This document shows, in pieces, positions 38,060 through 48,805 of a stretch of DNA of 64,000 nucleotides (positions are counted from its first letter, which is position 1; each line of letters opens with the position of its first letter). This stretch comes from an archaeon. Its GTDB lineage: Archaea > Asgardarchaeota > Thorarchaeia > Thorarchaeales > Thorarchaeaceae. The DNA is taken from assembly GCA_024275415.1 (NCBI GenBank), contig JAJRZD010000035.1, positions 559-64,558 on the forward strand, written 5' to 3'. Position numbers and translations under genes: made by a program. Under the pieces are notes generated by a model that had not been told where the DNA came from, searched no databases, and saw only the letters and a list, made by a program, of their open reading frames with translations.

Positions 38060-39184
38060 ATGGATGTACACAAGATTGCGATAATCGGCGCAGGTCTCAT
38101 GGGTTCAGGGATTGCTTATGTTTCAGCCGGAAACGGGTTTCACGTGACATTAGTCGATGTGAACGAGCAGGCCCTTGAGGTGGGGATGGATCGCATCCGC
38201 AACGATGTCATGACCGGCGTTGACAAGAACAAGCTGAGCCTAAGCGAGGCGCAGGCACTTATGGGCAATCTGGCATCGACTACGAACATCGCTAACGCTG
38301 TGAAAGAAGCGGATCTTGTCATTTAAGCAATCTTTGAGAACATGGAGGTGAAGAAGAAAGTATTCGCGGAATGTGACGCAAACGCGCCTTCCCACGCGAT
38401 ACTTGCAACGAACACATCTTCATTGAGCATCGACGAGCTGGCAAGTGCCACAAACAGGCCTGACAAGTTCATTGGCATGCACTACTTTTCGCCTGTGGCT
38501 GCGATGAAGCTTATTGAGATAGTCATTGGCGAGAAGACCAGTGAGGAAACGATACAAACCGCGATTGCAGTTGGTGAGAAGCAGGGCAAGGTTCCGGTGA
38601 AGGCCAAGAACAGCCCTGGTTTCATCGTGAACAGGATATTGATGCCTGTCCTCCGTGAGGCAATTCTTCTCTATGAGCAAGGTGTTGCCACCAAGGAGGA
38701 GATTGATACGGCGATGACCGCTCACGCGAAATTCCCAGCTGGCCCGTTCACACTCGGTGACTTTGTTGGGCTCGATATAGCCTTTAACGCGATGAGTACT
38801 CTCTACAGGGAGCTCGGGGACTGTTTCAAGCCTCCAGATTCGCTAAAGGCATTAGTTGAGTCAGGAGCCATCGGCACCAAGTCGAAGAAAGGCTTCTACA
38901 AGTACGGTGGGGAGCAGGATGAGCCTGAGCCTCCGAAGGGTGTTGACCCACACTGGCTTGTGGACAGAATCACTATACCCGTCATCCGTGAGGCGATGAT
39001 CCTTGTCGATGAAGGGATCGCTGAGAAGGATGCCATCGATATGGCAATGAAGCTTGGTGCAAGTTTCCCAGCAGGTCCCTTCGAGATGGCGGAGAAGTAC
39101 GGGCTTGACAAAGTGAAGGCAGAGATCCAGAAACTCTACGAGGAGCATGGGGAATGCTACTCCGTTCCAAAGATGCTTGGCTAA
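38060..39184 (+). CDS. hbd: 3-hydroxyacyl-CoA dehydrogenase, interrupted by an in-frame TAA at 38324-38326
   Basis: N-terminal 'IAIIGAGLMGSGIAY' Rossmann motif, ending '...EADLVI' then TAA. The same frame (2 mod 3) continues 'AIFENMEVKKKVFAE...ILATNTSSL...'. The stop sits where homologues have Glu (ADLVIEAV). A duplicated C-terminal helical domain is typical of long Hbd forms. Confidence 0.7.
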
Positions 39185-39397
39185 TCTAGTTTAAGAGGCA
39201 AGGAGATGTCCTTGTCCTCTCCTCTTTTTCTATTCACTATTCATGTACTAACGTTTCTCCAACTACAATTTTGACCTATTCTGTGACTAACTCTTACCTT
39301 TTTGAAACGGCGAATTTCAATTCGGCAATCGTAAAGGACTGGTATTTATTAAGGGAATGCTCTCTTTTCTTTGATACAACCATTCTTGGTGGTAACA

Positions 39398-40210
39398 ATG
39401 GCCGAATACGAAACGATGCTATACTCGAAGGAAGGTTCGTTCCTTTCTCCGGTGAAGAATGTGGCTGTAATCAAGTTCAACCGCGTGGATGCACTGAACA
39501 GCATCAATGACCAATTCATAAAAGACCTGAGTGATGCACTGGACGAAGCAGAGAAGGATCCCGACGTTCGTTCGATTGTCCTTGCTTCTGCCCACGATAA
39601 GGTCTACTGTACCGGTGCTGACCTCAAGATGGCACAGGGCTATCTTGGAAAAGGGGATGAGGTCAAACCCTTGCTAGAACAAGGACAGGCCGTAATCAAT
39701 AAGATTGCCAAGCATCCAAAGCCCGTCATCGCAGCAATCAACGGACTATGTCTTGGCGGAGGGACTGAGATTACTCTTGCATGTGACATCCGGATATGTG
39801 AAACGGAGGCAAAAATTGGCACACCTGAAGTAAGTCTTGGTCTTATCCCTGCATGGGGAGGATGTGTGCGTCTGCCTCGAATCATCGGTCTTGGAAAAGC
39901 AATGGAGCTTATTCTCACCGGCGGACAGGTGACAGCCGAAGAAGCGCTGCAAATGGGTCTTGTCAGCAAGGTAGTGCCCAAGGATGAACTGTTGAGTCAA
40001 GCCATGTGGTACGGTGCAAAACTGGGTGGTAATGCACCTCTCGCACTAAAACTAGCAAAGGCCGCAACCCATCTCGCATTCGATGACGATTACGATGATA
40101 ACCACGAATTCCAAGTGAAAGCTGGAGTCGAGCTGTTTGGCTCAAAGGATTTAGCTGAAGGCATCTCCGCTGTCTTTGAAAAGCGACGTGGCAAGTTCAC
40201 TGGAGAGTAA
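39398..40210 (+). CDS. Enoyl-CoA hydratase/isomerase (crotonase family)
   Basis: 'VYCTGADLK' and 'AAINGLCLGGGTEITLACDIRI' form the crotonase oxyanion-hole region. ATG 39398 is preferred over the listed TTG 39371. Confidence 0.85.
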   Translation: MAEYETMLYSKEGSFLSPVKNVAVIKFNRVDALNSINDQFIKDLSDALDEAEKDPDVRSIVLASAHDKVYCTGADLKMAQGYLGKGDEVKPLLEQGQAVINKIAKHPKPVIAAINGLCLGGGTEITLACDIRICETEAKIGTPEVSLGLIPAWGGCVRLPRIIGLGKAMELILTGGQVTAEEALQMGLVSKVVPKDELLSQAMWYGAKLGGNAPLALKLAKAATHLAFDDDYDDNHEFQVKAGVELFGSKDLAEGISAVFEKRRGKFTGE

Positions 40211-40429
40211 ACGTCCTGCATAGGGATGGACGAGTCCATCCCTCCTACTTTTTATCAACCGTCATAGCCTTCGAGATAGCCGTTGATTAAAACGCACTTT
40301 TTGCCGAATTTCTTATCGTCAAGTCGGCATCCGTCAACCTTAAGTCTTTGTCCACAGATGAAATCAAACCTATACTATGATTAAGGAGCAACTCACTGAG
40401 AATGAGATGTTCCTTATGGAGGATAAAAA

Positions 40430-41599
40430 ATGGCGAGAAGAGTCGCTGTTGTGGCTGGAGGCCACAGCAAATTCGGAAAACGGTATGATGCCACAATGAG
40501 AGAATTGTGTGCGGAAGCCTACAAACCAATCTATGATGAAGGCATTACCCAGGACAAGATTGACGCTACAGTCCTTTCGTATGCAGCATCTCAGTTTACA
40601 GGTCAAGGTGCAGGATCTGCATTAATAGCGGACTATCTTGGAATGCAAGACATTCCCCACCTTCGTGTGGAGTCTGCCTGCACAACAGGAACTGCGTCAC
40701 TCAGAGCTGCTTGGGGAATGGTGGCAGCTGGGCTATATGATGTAATGATGGTGCTTGGTGTCGAGCAGATGAATCGAGTATCCTCGGCCACAGCAACAGA
40801 GTACATGTCGCGAGCTGGGGATATGCGATGGGAGTACCCATACGGAATCTCGTTTCCTGCATTCTATGCCCTGATGGCATCTCGTTACATGCACGAGTAT
40901 AATATGTCCCATGACATCCTTGCAAAGATTGCAGTGAAATCGCATCACTACGGTGCACAGAATCCAAAGGCGCATCTTCCGAAGGAGATTCCTTTTGAGG
41001 AGGCAAACAATGCTATTCCTATTTGCCGACCATTGAATCTCTATGACTGTAGTCTTATCACCGATGGTGCTGCGGCTGTAGTCATTGCAGCTGAGGATCG
41101 AGTCAAAGAATTCACTGACCGTCCAATGTGGATCAAAGGTATTGGCGCAGGTGCTTCAGAGATGATGATTCAAGACAGGCCAACCCTGACATCAATACCC
41201 GGAGCAAAACGTGCAGCAAAGGCAGCATATGAGATGGCCGGAGTGAAACCAGACGACATCAACATGGCTCAGGTGCATGACTGTTTCACCATCGCAGAGC
41301 TAATTGCATATGAGGATCTTGGATTCGCAGAACCCGGCAAGGGTCCAGATCTGGTCGAGAACAAGGAGAACTACCATGATGGCAGGATTCCTGTGAACTG
41401 TGATGGAGGTCTCAAGAGCAAGGGACACCCGCTGGGAGCAACTGGTGTTTCCATGACCTACGAGATCATGAAACAGATGCGAGGAGAGGCTGACAAGCCA
41501 TCGCGTCAGATCAAAGATGTCAAATATGGATTGGCCCACAATGTTGGACAATCTGGGCAGTTCGTCAACGTCTTTATCTTTGAGAGGGGATGGTCCTAA
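40430..41599 (+). CDS. Thiolase (archaeal acetyl-CoA acetyltransferase type)
   Basis: 'VESACTTGTASL' is the active-site Cys region, 'HDCFTIAELIAYEDLG' and 'GHPLGATG' match the thiolase C-terminal signature. Confidence 0.85.
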   Translation: MARRVAVVAGGHSKFGKRYDATMRELCAEAYKPIYDEGITQDKIDATVLSYAASQFTGQGAGSALIADYLGMQDIPHLRVESACTTGTASLRAAWGMVAAGLYDVMMVLGVEQMNRVSSATATEYMSRAGDMRWEYPYGISFPAFYALMASRYMHEYNMSHDILAKIAVKSHHYGAQNPKAHLPKEIPFEEANNAIPICRPLNLYDCSLITDGAAAVVIAAEDRVKEFTDRPMWIKGIGAGASEMMIQDRPTLTSIPGAKRAAKAAYEMAGVKPDDINMAQVHDCFTIAELIAYEDLGFAEPGKGPDLVENKENYHDGRIPVNCDGGLKSKGHPLGATGVSMTYEIMKQMRGEADKPSRQIKDVKYGLAHNVGQSGQFVNVFIFERGWS

Positions 41600-42015
41600 T
41601 GAGTGAACAGAAAGAACTCTACCTAGGTTATGCGACTGATAAGGCTGTCACACCCTTCTTCCAGAAGTTCTTGGAAGCATTGGCTGAAGAGAAGCTCTTG
41701 ATGAGCAAGTGTACTTCATGTGGAACAGAGTTTCTTCCGCCGAGAGAACACTGTCAGAAATGTCTGAGCAAAGCAGAATTGGTTCCTTTCACAGAAACTG
41801 AGGCGAAGCTCAGGTCATATGTGATTGTTGATTTCGCTCCAGAAACCCTGACCTCGAAGGCACCATACGTTGTTGCTATTGGGGAGTTCCCATCAGGAAA
41901 GCGATTGACGGCCCATATCACCAATCTCATGAGCATGCCTGAAGTAGGTATGCCCCTGAAACTGGGTTTTGAGAAGATAGATGACAAGAGAATAACATAC
42001 AAGTGGCTTGTCTAG
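41590..42015 (+). CDS. DUF35 OB-fold/zinc-ribbon protein (thiolase partner)
   Basis: 'CTSCGTEFLPPREHCQKC' is a zinc ribbon followed by an OB-fold-like region. It overlaps the thiolase stop, as is typical for the thiolase/DUF35 pair. Confidence 0.8.
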   Translation: MVLMSEQKELYLGYATDKAVTPFFQKFLEALAEEKLLMSKCTSCGTEFLPPREHCQKCLSKAELVPFTETEAKLRSYVIVDFAPETLTSKAPYVVAIGEFPSGKRLTAHITNLMSMPEVGMPLKLGFEKIDDKRITYKWLV

Positions 42016-42401
42016 GCAAGCTTGGGGGCCATTGTGCCCTCATTCCTTTTTTCTTTGAAGTTGCCTTCAATGCATTGACATTCGAGTACATTGGCCATCC
42101 TTGTCATTTTCGCAACCGATTTCAGTGCATCAAGATACACTCTTGTAGCGCTTGGGTACTCAGCGCGATTCAATTCTTCGATTGATTCATCAATAATTTC
42201 TATCGCATCGAATATCCTTCTTCGCCCATCATTCCTTCTATAATCTGAGAAAACAATATAGTCATACTCGGCCTGAGTGAGTCCTTTTAGGAGCAAACCC
42301 TCTTCTTTTACTGTTGTTCGCATCTCGTACGAGTTCAATAGTGAGTTTCTCATAGCAAGAAGCGAGTCTACCAGTACCTGTTTCTTTTCCTGCCGTTGCA
42401 T
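42012..42401 (-). CDS. Hypothetical protein
   Basis: A 129-aa ORF convergent with DUF35; no motif recognised. Confidence 0.3.
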   Translation of the reverse strand: MQRQEKKQVLVDSLLAMRNSLLNSYEMRTTVKEEGLLLKGLTQAEYDYIVFSDYRRNDGRRRIFDAIEIIDESIEELNRAEYPSATRVYLDALKSVAKMTRMANVLECQCIEGNFKEKRNEGTMAPKLA

Positions 42402-42536
42402 TCTCTTCTTCTCCCGAACGTTAAAGGTACAAACCGAAACAACAAACCCCTAAATAAGCATTGAGGGAATTCGGGAACCTAAGAACGCTTATTTAGAAAT
42501 TGACATATTTCGACTTGTCTTCAGGAGGTACAATAA

Positions 42537-43322
42537 ATGTCCGATGAAATTGTCCTATACGAGATAGACGAGGGAATTGCCAAGATCATAATCAACCGTC
42601 CAGACAAATACAATGCGCTGAACACAGCAGTTGTCACTCAACTAACTGAATTCATGAAGAAGGCCGAGAATGATAACAGCGTACGTGTCGTCCTCCTTAC
42701 TGGAGCAGGCGAGAAGGCCTTTGCGGCTGGAGCTGATATATCCGAGTTCAGTGACAAGGACTCACAATCAGTTCGTCCCCTTGCAGAAAATGGTCAGAAT
42801 CTGTGCAAGTTCATCGAATCCATGTCAAAGCCAGTGATTGCTGCTATAAACGGCTTTGCTCTTGGTGGAGGTTGCGAGATTGCGATGGCATGTGACATCC
42901 GATATGCATCTGCAAATGCCCGCTTCGGACAGCCAGAGATAAACCTAGGCATCATCCCAGGATTTGGCGGGACAGTCCGTTTGCCACGAATTGTTGGTCT
43001 TGGGATTGCAAAGGAACTAGTCTACACAGGGGATCAGATAAAGGCCGATGAAGCATTACGGATAGGACTTGTTAACAAGGTCTTTGATAATACTGAAGCG
43101 CTGATGGAGGGTGCCATGGAATTGGCTCGTAACCTTGCTCAAAAGCCAGGTGTTGCACTCAAGTTGGCGAAGCAATCCCTTCAAAATGCTTGGGAGATGC
43201 CATTGGAGAAGAATCTCTCGTTCGAAGTTGACGTATTCTGTCAGACTTTTGATACCGAGGACAAGAATGAAGGCGTGGATGCTTTCCTCAACAAGAGGAA
43301 ACCGAGCTTTTCCCACAAATAA
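42537..43322 (+). CDS. Enoyl-CoA hydratase/isomerase (crotonase family), second copy
   Basis: 'AAINGFALGGGCEIAMACDIRY' and 'FGQPEINLGIIPGFGGTVRL'. Confidence 0.85.
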   Translation: MSDEIVLYEIDEGIAKIIINRPDKYNALNTAVVTQLTEFMKKAENDNSVRVVLLTGAGEKAFAAGADISEFSDKDSQSVRPLAENGQNLCKFIESMSKPVIAAINGFALGGGCEIAMACDIRYASANARFGQPEINLGIIPGFGGTVRLPRIVGLGIAKELVYTGDQIKADEALRIGLVNKVFDNTEALMEGAMELARNLAQKPGVALKLAKQSLQNAWEMPLEKNLSFEVDVFCQTFDTEDKNEGVDAFLNKRKPSFSHK

Positions 43323-43345
43323 CCAATAGTTTGGAGTGAAGCGAA

Positions 43346-46180
43346 TTGGAATCCAAGAAGGTCATCATTGTACCACATACCCATTGGGATCGAGAATGGT
43401 ATTTACCATTTCAAAGGTTCAGGCATATGCTCGTTGAGCTTGTAGATGATCTTCTTGGAATTTTGAAGAAACAAGATTACAGGTTCATGCTTGATGGACA
43501 GACAATAATCTTGGAAGACTATTTCGAGATTCGCGAAGAGCGAAGGGATGAATTGCTTGGACATATTCGCGAAGGGAAAATTGCAGTGGGGCCGTGGTAT
43601 TTGTTACCCGATCAATGGCTCGTTGGCGGGGAGAGTCTTATTCGTAACATCGAGTATAGTCATGACATTGCAACGCGTCTTCAGATTCCTCAGATGCCCA
43701 TTGGATACCTCCCTGATATGTTCGGACACTCTAGCGCAATACCTCAAATATTGAGTGACCTTACGGATTTCAAAGCTGCTGTACTCTGGCGAGGTGTTCC
43801 CCCAGATATACAAACTGTTCTTTTCAATTGGAAATCTCATGTATCGTCCACCGCTGTGATTCCTACCGTGTATCTCCCCGGAGGATACGGGAATGTTTCT
43901 AGATTGGCGGAGGAGTACAGTGAATTTGTTGATATGGTTATGGAGGGAATATCGTTCCTAGAGCCATTCTCCCCAGTGCCAGTCTATCTTCTGATGAACG
44001 GTTCTGACCACCTCTTTCCACAAGCTTTTGTCAAAGACAATGCAGACAGGATGAACCGTGAAGGCACTGACATCTCAGTAGGGTCTCTCAGCGACTTTGT
44101 CGAGCACTTGCAAAGTGCAATTGCTACATCAGGATATACACCTCCCCTGAAGAGTGGTGAGTTTAGATCCCCTGCTAGGGCTCCCCTGCTGCAAGACACA
44201 TATTCTGCCAGAATGTGGATAAAGATCTGGAACCAGAAAGTAGAAGATATGCTGATTCGGCAGGTTGAACCTATTAGCACCTATCTATGGTTTGCATTGG
44301 ATCAACAATACCCAAGCAGCTTCTTGAGTATTGCTTGGAAATGGCTATTGAGAAATCACCCTCACGATTCTATTTGTGGATGCTCTGTTGATAGTACGCA
44401 TGAAGAGATGAAGGCACGTTTCTCTTGGGCTGAAACCATTGGAGAGGGCATTCTTGAGAAAGCAAATAAGATACTAGAAGAGAAATCTTTGAAATCTGAT
44501 TTGGAATCATCCAATGTTCTGGTCTTCAATTCTGGAGCAAGTACGAGTTCTCCTGTCTACATCGAGTTTTCTGCCCCTCGAGAACAAACGATTGCTGGAT
44601 TGCAGACCCCTGATGGAGTAATTCATGGCCTTCAACGACTTGAGTCGAGAGATGATGTCTTCTTTGAAACTACTGTGGGCATGAGAATGGCAAAGATGGG
44701 GCTGACTCTCATACCTGGAAGGAAGCTCATGAATTTCTACATCAACGGTGTTGAATTCTCCGATGGTGAGGATCCAGATGTTCTAGAATTGCGCTTTATC
44801 GCTGATGACCATCCAGAAGGGGATCTTGATTGGGAAGCCTTCAAACGGCAGGCACGTGATATCATTGCTAGCAAGAAGTACAAGAAAATCCATCTTGTCG
44901 CAGCACGTCCGACTCAGAGTGTGTATGCTGCAGTTATTCCTCTGCGGCCTTGGGCGTTCACTCGGCTCCTTCCTGTTTCAGAATCTCCAAGTGAAACTTG
45001 TGATGTACTTGAGGTCAGTGCCAATCAGATTAACAATCGTTTCTATTCTGTGACTTTCAACAGAGATGGGTCATTGAAGTTATTGGACAAGGAGTTAGGA
45101 CTGACCTATGAACGACTCCATGTCTTCGAAGACTATGGGGATCGTGGGGACGAGTACACATTTGGTAGAGTGGAACCAGAGAAGGCATCTGTGAAAAACG
45201 TGAAGCGTGACGTTGTACTCTCCGGTTCGATCTTGGCAGAGATTCGACAGAAGATGGAGATTGAACTTTTTGAGAGTCTTGATTCATCAAGAGAGAAGCG
45301 TATTGGCAAAACGAGAATACCCGTAGAGTCAACGTTCAGATTCTATCGAGATACCCCACGAATCGAGGTGACCACTCGCCTTACAAACAAGTCGAAGGAT
45401 CATCGGCTGCGGATTTGCTTTGACCTTCCCTACAAGTCAGCCACTTCCAAGACAGAAACCCATTTTGGTATCGTTGAACGAGTTTGTGACCCCGAACGAA
45501 TCCCCGATGCTGAGGTACTAGAGAAGACCAACTCATCATACCCCGAACGCCCCTCTGGTATCCAACCCCAAAAGCGATTCATCAGAGTTGATAATGATGA
45601 TGGAGAAGGTGCGATCACTGTCTTCAACACTGGTCTACCTGAGGTTGAGTTGGCAAATCGCAGCAGAATCGCAATAACACTTGTTCGTTCAGTTGGGTGG
45701 CTCTCTAGGGCTGATATCCCTGAGAGACCTATCCATGCAGGACCTGGAATAGAAACTCTTGGTGCTCAAGAACTGGGAACCGAGTATGTGTACCACTATG
45801 GTTTTGCAACACACTCTAAGGAAGAGCCTATCCATACCAGTTCAAATATCGCGGATGCAGGTTGTGATAGACCCATAACGATGTACTTGAATTCATCAGA
45901 CGAGGTTTCAAGGCTTTATGTTCCGATCATTCAAATAGATAATCCTATTGTAAGAATCTCGTCCTTACGAGTCCGAGATGACTCGGTACTTGTAACAATG
46001 TATAACCTTGAGAATAGTGAAGTCACTGTCCTCATGAATCTTGAAGAATCTATCACAAAAGTAACCGAGGTTAAAATCAACAGGAGTATGAAGCAGGAGC
46101 ATACAGTTAGGAATGGAATCGTGAATCTAACTTTCAGTCCTCGTGAAATAAAGATGTGTTCCCTACAACGAGGGGCGTGA
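43346..46180 (+). CDS. Glycoside hydrolase family 38 alpha-mannosidase
   Basis: An N-terminal 'IVPHTHWDREWY' GH38 signature, 944 aa, no signal peptide. TTG start. Confidence 0.85.
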   Translation: MESKKVIIVPHTHWDREWYLPFQRFRHMLVELVDDLLGILKKQDYRFMLDGQTIILEDYFEIREERRDELLGHIREGKIAVGPWYLLPDQWLVGGESLIRNIEYSHDIATRLQIPQMPIGYLPDMFGHSSAIPQILSDLTDFKAAVLWRGVPPDIQTVLFNWKSHVSSTAVIPTVYLPGGYGNVSRLAEEYSEFVDMVMEGISFLEPFSPVPVYLLMNGSDHLFPQAFVKDNADRMNREGTDISVGSLSDFVEHLQSAIATSGYTPPLKSGEFRSPARAPLLQDTYSARMWIKIWNQKVEDMLIRQVEPISTYLWFALDQQYPSSFLSIAWKWLLRNHPHDSICGCSVDSTHEEMKARFSWAETIGEGILEKANKILEEKSLKSDLESSNVLVFNSGASTSSPVYIEFSAPREQTIAGLQTPDGVIHGLQRLESRDDVFFETTVGMRMAKMGLTLIPGRKLMNFYINGVEFSDGEDPDVLELRFIADDHPEGDLDWEAFKRQARDIIASKKYKKIHLVAARPTQSVYAAVIPLRPWAFTRLLPVSESPSETCDVLEVSANQINNRFYSVTFNRDGSLKLLDKELGLTYERLHVFEDYGDRGDEYTFGRVEPEKASVKNVKRDVVLSGSILAEIRQKMEIELFESLDSSREKRIGKTRIPVESTFRFYRDTPRIEVTTRLTNKSKDHRLRICFDLPYKSATSKTETHFGIVERVCDPERIPDAEVLEKTNSSYPERPSGIQPQKRFIRVDNDDGEGAITVFNTGLPEVELANRSRIAITLVRSVGWLSRADIPERPIHAGPGIETLGAQELGTEYVYHYGFATHSKEEPIHTSSNIADAGCDRPITMYLNSSDEVSRLYVPIIQIDNPIVRISSLRVRDDSVLVTMYNLENSEVTVLMNLEESITKVTEVKINRSMKQEHTVRNGIVNLTFSPREIKMCSLQRGA

Positions 46181-46221
46181 GGTCGGGACTGGTGTATGCC
46201 GAGCATAAAATATCAGATTTT

Positions 46222-47157
46222 TCACTTTAAATGAATTTCCTCACCATCAACTTCCACAATTCCATGTGAAACCATATCGTCTATGTGTTTCTCAAGCATA
46301 TATTCCTCAAAGATCAGATACGCATCCATCGGAATCCTCGGGTATATTGTTGGCACTCTCGCTAGACTTCGGATTGTATTGATTCCCTGCCTGATGTTCT
46401 GGATAATCCTTTGTTCTCTCTCGTCGAAAATTGCTAAATACTGCAATAGACGTTCACGCAGGTTCGTTTCAATAGGATTTAGCAAATGGCTGCTAATTCC
46501 CACTTTTGGCTCAAGGGCCAAGATTCGCTGAATTGATTCCCTGAATTCATGGATATCGCTTACTGCATTTCCATACCACGGGCCAAACCGCGTTAGATCA
46601 ATATCAACCAAGAATACGATGTCAGTCCCATTGATTCCAAAAACAGTATGATCCTTTGTGTGCCCGGGAGCATGTACCGGAATAAGTTCTGTTTCTCCGA
46701 AGGAGATGGTTTTTCCACTTTCAAAGAAACCTGTCACTTGATAATCCTCCACTACATGGGGGAGTCTTATGTCTATGAGTTCCCTCCAACTCGAATAATA
46801 CTGGTGTCCCTTGATTCCATAGAACTCGACTGTTCCGTCTAATGATTCTATTCCCTGTTTGGCAAGGGGATGACAAAGTAACTCACACTGAGATAGATTC
46901 ATGATTTCTGCTGCATGCCCCTTGTGGTCTACATGGAAATGTGTTAGAATGATCTGGTCAATATCCTTCATAGCATGTCCGCAGCTTTGCACTGTCCTCT
47001 CGATGTTTCTAAGGGACGATCCTGCATCAACCAGTACGAGTATCTCATCATCAATGAGAAGTGAATTCGCTTCGGGGAACCTTGCTCTATTCTCTCCTCT
47101 GATCAAGTGTACATTAGGGGCTATCTCAATGTGAGGCTCGTATTCTTCTGTCATCAT
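46222..47157 (-). CDS. MBL-fold metallo-hydrolase
   Basis: 'ILTHFHVDHKGHA' is the HxHxDH motif, with later 'HAPGHT'. Confidence 0.8.
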   Translation of the reverse strand: MMTEEYEPHIEIAPNVHLIRGENRARFPEANSLLIDDEILVLVDAGSSLRNIERTVQSCGHAMKDIDQIILTHFHVDHKGHAAEIMNLSQCELLCHPLAKQGIESLDGTVEFYGIKGHQYYSSWRELIDIRLPHVVEDYQVTGFFESGKTISFGETELIPVHAPGHTKDHTVFGINGTDIVFLVDIDLTRFGPWYGNAVSDIHEFRESIQRILALEPKVGISSHLLNPIETNLRERLLQYLAIFDEREQRIIQNIRQGINTIRSLARVPTIYPRIPMDAYLIFEEYMLEKHIDDMVSHGIVEVDGEEIHLK

Positions 47158-47251
47158 TTAGAGCAAAATATGCATTGATGATAATCTTGTCGTATACATT
47201 GATATTGCACCAAGTCCAATGGCAGTTTGTAAATCGTATAAGGTGAACCGA

Positions 47252-48709
47252 ATGAGCAGTAGGATCTTTGCTGTATTTGATATTGGCACAACAGGTACTC
47301 GGTCAGTTCTTGTCGATGAGGAAGGTCGTGAGTTAGCAAAGGAGTATGAAGAATATCCTCCGACGCCGCGGGATCTCAAGGTTCACGAGCAAATTGCAGA
47401 TGTGTATTGGCGAACTGCCTGTAATACCATGCAAAGAGCTTTAACCTCATTGGATGGGGGTGCTGATGCGATTGTCAGTGTAGTGGTGACAACCACACGA
47501 GATTGTGTCACGCCCGTTGATAAAGATGGGAACGCACTTGCACCAACGGTGACTTGGGTTGACAATCGTTCGAGTCCCCGAAGCAAAGAGATGGCTGCTG
47601 AGATTGGTCCACGGAAGACTGTGAATAAGATAATGTGGTTCATTGACGAGAGACCCGACCTCTTTGAAAATGCATACAAATTCGTGCATCTTGATGCTTT
47701 CATCAATAACAGGTTATGCGGTTCGCTTGTGAGTGAGCCTGCGAACGCGAGATACGGTCCTATAGACCATGAAACACTACGCTGGTCTGAGGATCTTTGT
47801 GAAACGACAGGAATACCCCTCGATAAGCTTGTAGATATTGTGAATCCGGGTGAGGTCATTGGGGAAATCACAAGGGATGCATCAAAGGCAACAGGACTGC
47901 GCAGTGGCACGACAGTCATTATGGGATGTGGGGATCAACAATGTTCTGCATTGGGAACTGGTACGATCAGGACCGGGATCGTCAAGGCGACCACGGGTAC
48001 AGGAACATTTGTCATCACTCACACAGAGGAATTCATTGAAGACCCCTACGTCATGTTCTCAAATCCCTCTGCCATGCCCGGAAAGTGGATTCTCGAAGGT
48101 GCGATTCCAGGAACTGGTCTGGCATACAAATGGTATCGTGACAACTATTGTGAAATCGAGGTGGCACAAGCGCTTCAAAGCGATAAGGATGTCTACGAGA
48201 TAATCGAGTCGTCCGCCGCATCCATTCCTGCTGGCAGTGACGGACTGGTGGTCTTTCCATTCATGGCGTACAACAAAGGAATCTTCTACAATCTCGGATT
48301 TGGTCACACCAAATCACATGTTGCCAGGGCCATCATGGAGGCAAATGGGTACGGGATTCGGATGTATTGTGAGATGATTGAAGGGATGCTTGATATCGAA
48401 TTCGACGAGCTACGGATTGATGGAGGTGGCTCCAACTCTCCGTTATGGCGGCAGATCCAAGCTGACTGCACGAACAAGACCGTTCTCCTTCCTCGTTCTA
48501 GAGATTCCACTGCGATTGGTGCAGCAATTTTGGGGACAGTCGGTTCTGGAGTCTATGGGAGTTTCGAAGAAGCCGTTTCAAACATGGTCCATATCGTAGA
48601 ACGCAGGGCACCGATCCCAGAGAATCATGCAATCTATGAACAGCAATATACAATCTACAACAAGTTGCTCATTGCAGAGATGCCAGCACTCATCGAACTC
48701 ACATCTTGA
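47252..48709 (+). CDS. FGGY-family carbohydrate kinase (glycerol kinase-like)
   Basis: 'FAVFDIGTTGTRSVLVDEEG' is the N-terminal actin-fold phosphate-1 motif. 'GGGSNSPLWRQIQAD' is FGGY C-terminal. ATG 47252 is preferred over the upstream listed start. The glpK call is inferred from the glpABC context. Confidence 0.8.
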   Translation: MSSRIFAVFDIGTTGTRSVLVDEEGRELAKEYEEYPPTPRDLKVHEQIADVYWRTACNTMQRALTSLDGGADAIVSVVVTTTRDCVTPVDKDGNALAPTVTWVDNRSSPRSKEMAAEIGPRKTVNKIMWFIDERPDLFENAYKFVHLDAFINNRLCGSLVSEPANARYGPIDHETLRWSEDLCETTGIPLDKLVDIVNPGEVIGEITRDASKATGLRSGTTVIMGCGDQQCSALGTGTIRTGIVKATTGTGTFVITHTEEFIEDPYVMFSNPSAMPGKWILEGAIPGTGLAYKWYRDNYCEIEVAQALQSDKDVYEIIESSAASIPAGSDGLVVFPFMAYNKGIFYNLGFGHTKSHVARAIMEANGYGIRMYCEMIEGMLDIEFDELRIDGGGSNSPLWRQIQADCTNKTVLLPRSRDSTAIGAAILGTVGSGVYGSFEEAVSNMVHIVERRAPIPENHAIYEQQYTIYNKLLIAEMPALIELTS

Positions 48710-48805
48710 ATCAATCATATCTGCCGAAAGCCTTGTATTGCCGTGGGGACTGCATATGACAGTCTTCAGTAGCCAACCGAACGTATTGCTGGACAACACG
48801 GAGTC

